A stretch of 59,901 nt of DNA from NCBI GenBank assembly GCA_036734545.1, contig DAIMYJ010000001.1, forward strand, positions 8,875-68,775, written 5' to 3'. Below the pieces are notes generated by a model that had not been told where the DNA came from, did no database searches, and worked only from the letters and a program-made list of their open reading frames with translations. A program made the position numbers and the translations under genes. This stretch comes from Chitinophagales bacterium (GTDB lineage Bacteria; Bacteroidota; Bacteroidia; Chitinophagales; BACL12). Shown piece after piece: positions 1 to 8,557 of the stretch (position 1 is its first letter; the number at the start of each line of letters is the position of its first letter).

Positions 1-66
1 ATTTCTTTGATACTAGCCTCCATAATTCCTACCTTAGTGGCCATTGTTGCTTTTAAACCACCATTT

Positions 67-3000
67 ATGAGAAATCAAAACACACTCTTGCTCAGTTGTT
101 TGTTTGCACTGCTGGCTGTGTTCTCAACACAGAAGGTACAGGCGCAGGACAATAACTACTACATCTACTCAAACGTCTATGGCGGATTTGAACCGTGGTA
201 CACCACCGTGAACACAGACGCCATGAACGAAGTGTTTGGAGCCGGCGGATGGATACAGGACTATTTCGAGACCTGCGATCCCATCACCATCTTCAACACG
301 AACACCAATTTCGTTTTTCTGGAAGGCAGCGACGGATTCGCTATGGAATTGGAGACCTTCCTTATCGACAACATTGACCTGATCGAAGACTGGGTGAATG
401 GTGGCGGTCGCCTCCTCCTGAACGCTGCGCCTAATGAAGGCGACGGCATGAGTTTCGGATTCGGCGGCGTTGACCTCACCTATTGGGGCGGCTCCAGCAA
501 TGTGCACGCTGAAGATGCAACGCATCCGATCTTTAATGGTCCCTATGCCCCCACAGGCACATCCTGGACCGGATCATCGTTCTCTCACGCCAGCATTTCT
601 GGCCCCGACCTGACACCGCTGATCGTGGATGATTTCAGCCCCACCACCATCGCGCTTTCTGAAGGCCGTTACGGTGCTGAAGGTATCGTGATGTTCGGCG
701 GTATGACCACCGTGAACTTCCACTATCCTACTACTGAAGCAACAAATCTTTTCTGGAACATCCTGCACTATCTCGCATTCTATGAGATCCCGGATCATGA
801 TATGGCCTCCCTTTCGCTGGTGGCTCCCGTGACCGGTTGCGGACTTGGCGTTACCTCCGTACAGGTGAACTTCAAGAACTATGGAACCAACGATGAGGTA
901 AACATCCCTGTTAGCTACCAGCTCGATGGCGGTGCCGTGATCAATGAGATCATCGCGGGCCCGATCGCAGCCGGTGCTACCTACACACATACCTTTGCCG
1001 TTCCTGCCGATGTTACGGCCATCGGCTCTCATACTTTTCAGATCACCTGTGCACTGGCTACCGACGAAGACCCGGCTAACGATGTCCTCGACATTACGAT
1101 CGATAACGTGCCTGTGGTTACCTCTTTCCCCTACCTCCAGGACTTTGAGGCAGGTGCTGCCGGATGGACTGAAGGTGGTGTGAACTCCAGTTGGGAACTC
1201 GGCGATCCGGTTGGTTTTGCCATCATCGGCCCACCACCCGCCACTCCGGGAAGTTTGAACTCCTGGACCACGAACCTGACCGACTACTACAACGATAACG
1301 AAAAGTCATATATCACCTCTCCCTGCTTTGATTTCAGCGACCTTGTATTCCCTTACCTTGAAATGGATATCAACTGGGATATTCAGTCATTCTCCGATGG
1401 CGCCAAGGTGCAATACTCAACAGATGCAGGTTTAACCTGGAGCGATCTGGGTGCTGTTGGTACCGGTGATAACTGGTATAACAGCAGCTTCTGCTGGGGC
1501 ATGTGGCCTGATTTCTATATCACCGACTATCGCGGATGGGATGGCAACAGCGGAGGCTGGTTGCACGCCTATCAGGACCTCAGCATACTGGCCGGCGAAT
1601 CATCCGTGAAACTGCGTATCGTATTCGCCTCTGACGGCTGGTGGAGCTTCTATGACGGCTTCGCGTTCGATAACGTGAAGATCGCCGACCTCTTCCCGAA
1701 TGATGTGGGCGTTGCCGGCATCGTTGAACCGGAATCAGGACCTTCTTTGACCGCTTCTGAGACCGTTTCAGTAACTATCAAAAATTATGGAACACTGGCG
1801 CAGTCCGGATTCCCTGTATCTTATAAAATGGATGCCGGACCGGTGCATACGGAAACCTTCACCGGCACCGTGGATCCGGGCATGACAGCCATCCATACCT
1901 TTGCCACTACAGAAAACCTGTCGGCAGACGGCGACTATACCTTTACTGCTTGGACAGGCCTCGCCACTGATGAAGACCTGACCAATGATACGATCGTTGA
2001 GATCGTTAGCAACCTGCTCCCGATCTCCGGTACCAATGCTTACTATATCTATAGTAACACCGTGGGCGGTGAGCCCTGGTTCACCACTTCCAATACCGCA
2101 GCCATGGATGCCGTATTCGGCATCGGCGAATGGACTCAGGGATTCTTCGAGACCGTTGACCCGGCTGTAGTTTTTGGCACGGGCAGCTGTTTCGTATTCC
2201 TGGAGGGCTCTGACCAGCACGCTATTGAACTGGAGAACTTCCTGAACGACAATATGACCCTGATCGAAAACTGGGTTGCTTCAGGCGGTCACCTCTTCCT
2301 CAATGCTGCACCGAATGAAGGCGACGGCATGGATTTCGGCTTCGACGGCACTGAACTGTCCTATTGGTGGTATTCATCTACCGTACAAGCGTCAGACCCG
2401 GCGCATCCGGTGTGGGGCGGCCCCTTTACGCCAACAGCTACCGTAATGTCAGGATTTAGCTACGGTCACGCCTCCGTGTCAGGTACCGACTGGACCCCTA
2501 TCCTGTTCGATCAGTTCTCACCGGATAGGATCATCTGCGCCGAAAAATCATGGGGCGCAGGAACGGTGATCTTTGGTGGTATGACCTCCACAGATTTCCA
2601 CAGCCCGCTTACAGAAGCCGGCAACTTCCGGAAGAACATCATCAGCTACCTGGCGCTCTGTACCATCTCCGACCACGATATGGGTGTGCAGTCCGTGATC
2701 GCTCCGGCAACCGGCTGCGGTCTTACGGCTACAGAAACAGTGACCATTAACGTGAAAAACTACGGCTTCCTGCCGCAAACAGATGTTCCCGTGTTCTTCC
2801 AGCTCGACGGCGGCCCGATCGTGGCTGAAACAGTGCCCGGAACCATCGATGTTGGCGAAACCGTGGAGTATACCTTCTCCGCTACCGTGAACCTCGCGGC
2901 ACTCGGCGAATATGAACTGGTAACCTGGACAGGCCTCGTGCTCGACACCATCATTACCAATGACACGGCCTATAAGACCATCGTGAACGTTCCGGTGATC

Positions 3001-5553
3001 AATACCTATCCGTATTTCGAGGATTGGGAATCCGGCGACGAAGATGGCTGGACCGCTTATGGCGCGTCCTCTACCTGGGAATTGGGTTATCCCGATGGTC
3101 CGGTGATCAATGAACCGCCCGTGGCAACACCTTCCAGCCAATATAGCTGGGCTACCGGCATCACAGAGAACTATAACGACAGCGAAGTGAGCTACCTCGA
3201 AAGCCCCTGCTTCGATATGTCATCACTCGTTATCCCATACCTCGAAGTTGACCTCTGGTGGTATACCGAAGACTTCTGGGATGGTATGATATTACAGTAT
3301 TCTACCGATGGCGGCGTAAGCTGGTCAATGCTCGGCGATATGGGAACCGGTGAAAACTGGTATACCGGTATGTGCTACTCGCACTCTTACCTGAATGCCT
3401 GGGAAGGCTTCGGACCAGGATGGGTTACCGCTTACCAGGATGTTTCCTTCCTCGCCGGCGAAACAGATGTGAAGTTCCGCTTCAAATTCGCTGCCGATGG
3501 TATCATCACCTACGACGGTATCGGTCTGGATAACTTCAGACTGCAGGATCCGTTCCCGAACGATATCGGTGTGGTTGACCTGATCACACCCACCTCTGCA
3601 GTAGACCTGACCGGCTCAGAGATCGTAAGCGTGCTGCTCGAAAACTTTGGTACCCTGTCGCAAACCGGCTTTAACGTAGCCTATCAGGTGGATGGCGGAA
3701 CCGTGCACACGGAACTCTTTACCGGCACCCTGGCTCCCGGCAGTACAGCCGTGATGACCTTCGCAGCCACGGAAGATTTCTCTGCAGATGGCGTTTATGA
3801 CTTCTCAGCATGGACAGAACTTGCTGCAGATGAGGATCTTACAAATGACACCTTAAATACTTTTGTAGTTAATCTCCTGCCCGTTGAAGGCACAGATGCC
3901 TATTACATCTATTCAAACGTATATGGCGGTTTTGAACCCTGGTATGTAACGTCCAACTCTACCGGAATGGATGCAGTGTTCGGCGACGACGGCTGGTTCC
4001 TGGCCTATATGGAGGAACTGGATCCGCTGGAGGTGTTCGATGAAGGAACCTGCTTTGTTTACCTGGAAGGTTCTGATTCACAGGCAGATGAACTTGAGTC
4101 CTTCCTGGCTGAGAACGGAGATTTCGTTGAGAACTGGGTAGCCTCCGGTGGTAACCTCTTGCTTAACTCAGCTCCGAACGAAGGCGATGGCATGGACTTC
4201 GGATTTGATGGAGTAGACCTCGTATACCCCCATTATGCTTCCAACGTAACAGCTGATGATCCGGCACATCCGATCTTCATTGGACCATGGACACCTATTG
4301 CCACGGATTACTCCGGATTCAGCTTCGGCCATTCCAAAGTGGATGGTGGCGCTACCTTGCCTATCATCATCGACAGCTTTGATCCTAGCAGTGTGATCCT
4401 GTCTGAAAAGGAATGGGGCGATGGCCATGTGGTATTTGGTGGTATGACGCCTCCTTACTTCCACTCACCTGCCACTGAAGCGCAAAACCTGCTCCAAAAC
4501 ATCTATGAATACATTAAGCTCTGCGCACCTGTAGATATCGGTGTGATAGAACTGATCTCGCCTGAAGGCGGCTGCGGAATGGGCGTGGAAGAGATCACTG
4601 TAACCATTGAGAACTACGGTCCGTCTACCGTTACCAGCTTCCCGGTTAAATATCAGATCGACGGCGGAGCCATAGAATCTGCCTTCGCCACTGAGACCAT
4701 CGTAGCCGGTGGCACCTCTGAATACACCTTCGACGTGACCTACGACTTCTCCGCCCCCGGCGACTATGAAGTATGCGTATGGACCGATTTCGCCGGTGAT
4801 TCAGATGAGTCCAACGATATGCTCTGCGTAACCCTCACCTCCCTCGCTACACCGTCCGTTGACCTCGGTCCGAACACAACCGTGTGTGACCTGGTGACCT
4901 TAGACGCCGAGAATACCGGCTCTACTTACCTGTGGAGCACAGGTGCTACCACGCAGACCATCGATGTGACCGAATCAGGTACTTACAGCGTAACTGTTAC
5001 CAACCCGACCACCGGATGCGCAGTAACTGATGAAGTGACCGTTACGGTGAACTATACACCTTCGGCCAGCTTCACCTACACCTCTACCGGTCTGACCGTG
5101 ATATTCACCAATACCTCTACCGACGGTGCCTCCTATAGCTGGAGCTTCGGCGATGGCGGAACCAGCACGACCATGAATCCGTCGCACACCTATGCTGTGC
5201 CCGGATCCTATACCGTGACGCTCACCGTTACCAATCCGTGTGGAACCGACTTCTACAGCATGGTGATCGAGGTAGGAACGGCTATCACCGATATCCTGCT
5301 CGATGAGTCCATCTCTGTAACGCCTAACCCGACAGCCGATCTCACACAGGTGCAGATCACACTGCCGGAAAGCATGGAGATCAGACTGGAACTCACCAAT
5401 AGTCTGGGACAAACCGTTTGGACCGCAGTGCCCGGAACAGTATTGAATGCGACCTATACCATTGACATGACCGGATTTGCCGCTGGTGTTTACCAACTGC
5501 ATATCGCGGGCGATTCAGCCGCTGCTACCAAGCAGATCGTGCTCACCAAGTAA
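67..5553 (+). CDS. Giant secreted multidomain T9SS cargo protein (three tandem super-modules; CARDB-like, MAM-like and PKD domains; type-A T9SS C-terminal sorting domain)
   Basis: Uninterrupted 5.5-kb ORF. The ATG at 67 gives the signal peptide MRNQNTLLLSCLFALLAVFSTQKVQA/Q; the track start at 7 is a TTG extension. CARDB-like segments are present (VQVNFKNYGTNDEVNIPVSYQLDGG and four similar). MAM-like segments are FPYLQDFEAGAAGW...FDNVKIAD and YPYFEDWESGDEDGW...LDNFRLQD. A PKD segment reads FTNTSTDGASYSWSFGDGGTS...YTVTLTVTNPCG. The last ~85 aa (VTPNPTAD...VYQLHIAG...IVLTK) resemble a Por/T9SS type-A CTD. Confidence 0.85.
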   Translation: MRNQNTLLLSCLFALLAVFSTQKVQAQDNNYYIYSNVYGGFEPWYTTVNTDAMNEVFGAGGWIQDYFETCDPITIFNTNTNFVFLEGSDGFAMELETFLIDNIDLIEDWVNGGGRLLLNAAPNEGDGMSFGFGGVDLTYWGGSSNVHAEDATHPIFNGPYAPTGTSWTGSSFSHASISGPDLTPLIVDDFSPTTIALSEGRYGAEGIVMFGGMTTVNFHYPTTEATNLFWNILHYLAFYEIPDHDMASLSLVAPVTGCGLGVTSVQVNFKNYGTNDEVNIPVSYQLDGGAVINEIIAGPIAAGATYTHTFAVPADVTAIGSHTFQITCALATDEDPANDVLDITIDNVPVVTSFPYLQDFEAGAAGWTEGGVNSSWELGDPVGFAIIGPPPATPGSLNSWTTNLTDYYNDNEKSYITSPCFDFSDLVFPYLEMDINWDIQSFSDGAKVQYSTDAGLTWSDLGAVGTGDNWYNSSFCWGMWPDFYITDYRGWDGNSGGWLHAYQDLSILAGESSVKLRIVFASDGWWSFYDGFAFDNVKIADLFPNDVGVAGIVEPESGPSLTASETVSVTIKNYGTLAQSGFPVSYKMDAGPVHTETFTGTVDPGMTAIHTFATTENLSADGDYTFTAWTGLATDEDLTNDTIVEIVSNLLPISGTNAYYIYSNTVGGEPWFTTSNTAAMDAVFGIGEWTQGFFETVDPAVVFGTGSCFVFLEGSDQHAIELENFLNDNMTLIENWVASGGHLFLNAAPNEGDGMDFGFDGTELSYWWYSSTVQASDPAHPVWGGPFTPTATVMSGFSYGHASVSGTDWTPILFDQFSPDRIICAEKSWGAGTVIFGGMTSTDFHSPLTEAGNFRKNIISYLALCTISDHDMGVQSVIAPATGCGLTATETVTINVKNYGFLPQTDVPVFFQLDGGPIVAETVPGTIDVGETVEYTFSATVNLAALGEYELVTWTGLVLDTIITNDTAYKTIVNVPVINTYPYFEDWESGDEDGWTAYGASSTWELGYPDGPVINEPPVATPSSQYSWATGITENYNDSEVSYLESPCFDMSSLVIPYLEVDLWWYTEDFWDGMILQYSTDGGVSWSMLGDMGTGENWYTGMCYSHSYLNAWEGFGPGWVTAYQDVSFLAGETDVKFRFKFAADGIITYDGIGLDNFRLQDPFPNDIGVVDLITPTSAVDLTGSEIVSVLLENFGTLSQTGFNVAYQVDGGTVHTELFTGTLAPGSTAVMTFAATEDFSADGVYDFSAWTELAADEDLTNDTLNTFVVNLLPVEGTDAYYIYSNVYGGFEPWYVTSNSTGMDAVFGDDGWFLAYMEELDPLEVFDEGTCFVYLEGSDSQADELESFLAENGDFVENWVASGGNLLLNSAPNEGDGMDFGFDGVDLVYPHYASNVTADDPAHPIFIGPWTPIATDYSGFSFGHSKVDGGATLPIIIDSFDPSSVILSEKEWGDGHVVFGGMTPPYFHSPATEAQNLLQNIYEYIKLCAPVDIGVIELISPEGGCGMGVEEITVTIENYGPSTVTSFPVKYQIDGGAIESAFATETIVAGGTSEYTFDVTYDFSAPGDYEVCVWTDFAGDSDESNDMLCVTLTSLATPSVDLGPNTTVCDLVTLDAENTGSTYLWSTGATTQTIDVTESGTYSVTVTNPTTGCAVTDEVTVTVNYTPSASFTYTSTGLTVIFTNTSTDGASYSWSFGDGGTSTTMNPSHTYAVPGSYTVTLTVTNPCGTDFYSMVIEVGTAITDILLDESISVTPNPTADLTQVQITLPESMEIRLELTNSLGQTVWTAVPGTVLNATYTIDMTGFAAGVYQLHIAGDSAAATKQIVLTK
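157..4850 (+). repeat. Intragenic tandem repeat: two complete ~1.87-kb super-modules (157-2040, 2041-3900) plus a truncated third copy (3901 to about 4850)
   Basis: A YYIYSN..GG.EPW motif starts at nt 157, 2041 and 3901. The downstream blocks FVFLEGSD / FVYLEGSD, WV.(G/S)GG.L.LN.APNEGDGM.FGF, DP/ATHP and FGGMT recur in the same order in all three copies. Confidence 0.85.
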
Positions 5554-5575
5554 TGGTCACAGATCATAGAAAAAA

Positions 5576-5612
5576 GAGGCTGTCAGTATCCCTGACAGCC
5601 TCTTTGCTTTTT
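5576..5612. terminator. Bidirectional rho-independent terminator between convergent genes
   Basis: Perfect 11-bp stem (gaggctgtcag 5576-5586 / ctgacagcctc 5592-5602) with a 5-nt loop. An A-run lies upstream and a T-rich tract (tttgcttttt) downstream. Confidence 0.8.
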
Positions 5613-5625
5613 ATATCCCTGTGTA

Positions 5626-6255
5626 TCAAATACCCTTCCTGCCGATCACAGAACAGATCGGGCAGGCATCCCGAACATGCCCTCTTGCAGGGCAATGCGC
5701 TCGACCGAAATAAATGATCTGCAGATGCAGCTTATTCCAGGTGTGCTCCGGGAATAGGCGCTTCAGGTCCTTTTCCGTTTGCTCCACCGATTTGCCGTTG
5801 CTCAACCCCCAGCGATACGCCAGACGATGTATATGCGTGTCCACCGGAAAGGCAGGCACCCCGAACGCCTGCGACATCACCACGCTGGCGGTCTTATGTC
5901 CAACGGCCGGCATTGCTTCCAGAGCGGCAAAGGTGTTGGGCACCTTACCCGCGTGCTCGTGCACGATGATCTCTGACAGGCCCTTGATGCCTTTGGATTT
6001 CATGGGTGCCAGTCCGCAGGGTTGGACGATCTCCCGTATCTGTTCAACCGACAGCTGTGCCATGGCGTAAGGATTGTCCGCCAGAGCAAATAACCGCGGG
6101 GTTACCTGGTTCACGCGTTCATCCGTGCACTGCGCCGAAAGCACAACGGCTACAAGCAGTGTGAACGCATCTTTGTGCTGCAATGGAATGGGCGGATCAG
6201 GGAACAGACGATCCAGCGTTTCCGATATAAAGGCAGCCTTTTCTTTTTTGGTCAT
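5626..6255 (-). CDS. nth: Endonuclease III (base-excision repair DNA glycosylase/lyase)
   Basis: HhH-GPD-type sequence (LLVAVVLSAQCTDERVN, MPAVGHKTASVVM, FPVDTHIHR) and a C-terminal Cys cluster (HCPARGHVRDACPIC). The ATG at 6255 (MTKKEK) is preferred over the GTG at 6276. Confidence 0.9.
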   Translation of the reverse strand: MTKKEKAAFISETLDRLFPDPPIPLQHKDAFTLLVAVVLSAQCTDERVNQVTPRLFALADNPYAMAQLSVEQIREIVQPCGLAPMKSKGIKGLSEIIVHEHAGKVPNTFAALEAMPAVGHKTASVVMSQAFGVPAFPVDTHIHRLAYRWGLSNGKSVEQTEKDLKRLFPEHTWNKLHLQIIYFGRAHCPARGHVRDACPICSVIGRKGI

Positions 6256-6382
6256 CGGCCGTAAATATCTGTACACTATCCCGAATACTCAATGTTAACA
6301 TGTTACAAAATCACCTATATTGTATCCTTTTCTATACCGCCAGAACCACTAATTTTACGCGAACCGGTCATTTTGTGACATT

Positions 6383-8554
6383 ATGAGGCACCTACTACTT
6401 ACATGCACCTGTATTCTGCTCACCGCATTGTCTGCCACAGCTGGTGAGATCATGTGGGCGTCTAAGGTCATTTCCTATTCATCACAGCTTGACCTGCACT
6501 CCTACAGTGCAAAACAGGTCCTGGGCCCACCCTCGCGTCTGCCGAATTTTGGCGATTGCGGCTGCGCATGGTCACCTTCCATGTCTGAGAACTATTTTGA
6601 TGAATATGTACGCGTAGGTTTTGAGAAACGTATTCGCGTTTCACAGATCGTTGTAAGCGAGAATTTTAACGCAGGCGCTATCAAAGCCATATACCTGTTC
6701 GACCAGTATAACATCCCGCATTTGGTTTACGAACGTTCGGAGGATGAAAAGAAATGGACGCTTGGACGTGTGTTTTCCATCAACATCACGCCTACAGATT
6801 TTGCTAGCAATGATCTGAAACTTGTACTGGACACCGAAAGCATCGACGGCTATAATCAGATCGACGCCATCGGCATCGCCGAATCTGCCGCCGAAGTCCC
6901 CACCGGAAGTATTGATGTTACAGACAAGGTGGTTTTTAAAGGTAAAAGTCAGAACCTCGGAAAAACGATCAATACGTATGGCAGCGAGATCACTCCGCTG
7001 GTAACGCCGGATGGTAAAACCATGTATTTCACCCGTAAGAACCACATGGGCAATACGGGCACGATCATGAATGATGATATCTGGATATCCACCTTTGACG
7101 GCACTTCCTGGTCAGAAGCCGTAAATGCCGGTGGTCCGCTCAACAACGAATCCAATAATTATGTGGTAGGCATCGCAGAGAACGGTGAAATGCTCACGCT
7201 CGCCAATACCTACAACCCCACAGGCGAAAGCCGCATTGGTATTGCACAAACTTGGAAATCGGATTATGGCAGATGGGTATTCCCCAAAAACCTGATCACT
7301 CCGGGCGTGATCACCCACAACATGTTCGCTGAATATTTCATGTCATCCGATCGCACTGTTCTCCTGCTTGCACTGGAGCGTGCCGATAGTTACGGCATGA
7401 AGGATATTTATGTGAGCTTCAGCGACAACCAGATCGAATGGACCGACCCGGTGAACCTGGGTCCTGAGGTAAATACAGCGAGTAATGAAATGGCGCCCTT
7501 CCTGGCGCCTGATGGAAAGACATTGTTTTATTCCAGCAACGGATTGCCCGGCTATGGAGAACAGGATATTTATGTGTCCGTGCGCCTCGACTCCTCCTGG
7601 AAACACTGGACACATCCGGAGAATTTAGGCACACTTGTAAACTCTGCCGGCTTCGATGCCTACTTCTCCTACCCGGATACCGCTGATTTTGCTTATTTCT
7701 CTTCGACCGGTAACGACCGACTGAATGCTGATATCTTCCGCATCCCGCTCAAAGAGGTGAAGGAACTGGAAGATTCTGTTGTAGCTGAATTACTGGAGGC
7801 AGTTGAACCGGAGATCACCATCACGACTATTCCCGGCGACACAGCAGCTCCGGAGATCGTGACGCCTGCAGAACCCGGTGAGATACTCTTCGAAGAAGAG
7901 ATCATCGTTCCGGAAAAAGAAGCATTGACCATTTCACTGACCAACGAGATCTTATTGTTCGGAAGCGTGTTCGACGCGGTTACTGATGTGCCGATCAACG
8001 CAGAAATGACATTTGTTTTACAGGATTACGAAGCCGACCCCATCAAGCTCAAGACACTGAACAATGCTTATCGCCTTAAGGTAACCGATAGTGTGAAATA
8101 CAAGGTAAGCGTTATCCGTGAAGGATATTTACCGCTGGAAACAGAAGTGAACATCGAGGACTTCAGAACACAAAAAGTGAAGAAGATCGATTTCAAGCTT
8201 ACACCTTTGCGCACCGGTGAAAAGATCATTCTCGACAACCTGTATTTCGACGCGAATAAATCTACCATCAAACCGGAATCATTCGAAGAACTCGACCGAC
8301 TGTATGCATTCCTGTTGGCTAACCCGGGTATTAAACTCGAGATCGGCGGACACACCAATGGATTGTGTAGTGAAACGTATTGTGAAAAGCTCAGCCTTAA
8401 CCGCGCAAATGCCGTTCGGGAATATCTGCAAAACAAAGGTATTGACCCGATACGCATCAGCACGGTAGGATACGGCAGCAAGCAACCGATCGATACTGAC
8501 AGCACACCGGAAGGCCGCAAACGAAACCAACGGGTGGAAGTAACGTTCAAATAA
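6383..8554 (+). CDS. OmpA-family outer-membrane/peptidoglycan-associated protein with an unknown N-terminal domain, PD40 (TolB-like) repeats and a CarboxypepD_reg-like domain
   Basis: Signal peptide MRHLLLTCTCILLTALSATAG. PD40-like repeats (ITPLVTPDGKTMYFTR, NEMAPFLAPDGKTLFYSSNGLPGYGEQDIYVS). OmpA C-terminal motif (LYFDANKSTI...GGHTN...NRANAVREYL...GYGSKQP...GRKRNQRVEV). Confidence 0.85.
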   Translation: MRHLLLTCTCILLTALSATAGEIMWASKVISYSSQLDLHSYSAKQVLGPPSRLPNFGDCGCAWSPSMSENYFDEYVRVGFEKRIRVSQIVVSENFNAGAIKAIYLFDQYNIPHLVYERSEDEKKWTLGRVFSINITPTDFASNDLKLVLDTESIDGYNQIDAIGIAESAAEVPTGSIDVTDKVVFKGKSQNLGKTINTYGSEITPLVTPDGKTMYFTRKNHMGNTGTIMNDDIWISTFDGTSWSEAVNAGGPLNNESNNYVVGIAENGEMLTLANTYNPTGESRIGIAQTWKSDYGRWVFPKNLITPGVITHNMFAEYFMSSDRTVLLLALERADSYGMKDIYVSFSDNQIEWTDPVNLGPEVNTASNEMAPFLAPDGKTLFYSSNGLPGYGEQDIYVSVRLDSSWKHWTHPENLGTLVNSAGFDAYFSYPDTADFAYFSSTGNDRLNADIFRIPLKEVKELEDSVVAELLEAVEPEITITTIPGDTAAPEIVTPAEPGEILFEEEIIVPEKEALTISLTNEILLFGSVFDAVTDVPINAEMTFVLQDYEADPIKLKTLNNAYRLKVTDSVKYKVSVIREGYLPLETEVNIEDFRTQKVKKIDFKLTPLRTGEKIILDNLYFDANKSTIKPESFEELDRLYAFLLANPGIKLEIGGHTNGLCSETYCEKLSLNRANAVREYLQNKGIDPIRISTVGYGSKQPIDTDSTPEGRKRNQRVEVTFK

Positions 8555-8557
8555 TTG

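Noticed and set aside
7-66. N-terminal extension of the giant ORF from the TTG at 7
   Set aside because: The ATG at 67 yields a canonical signal peptide. The 20-aa extension would bury it, and it starts at a non-ATG codon at the window edge.
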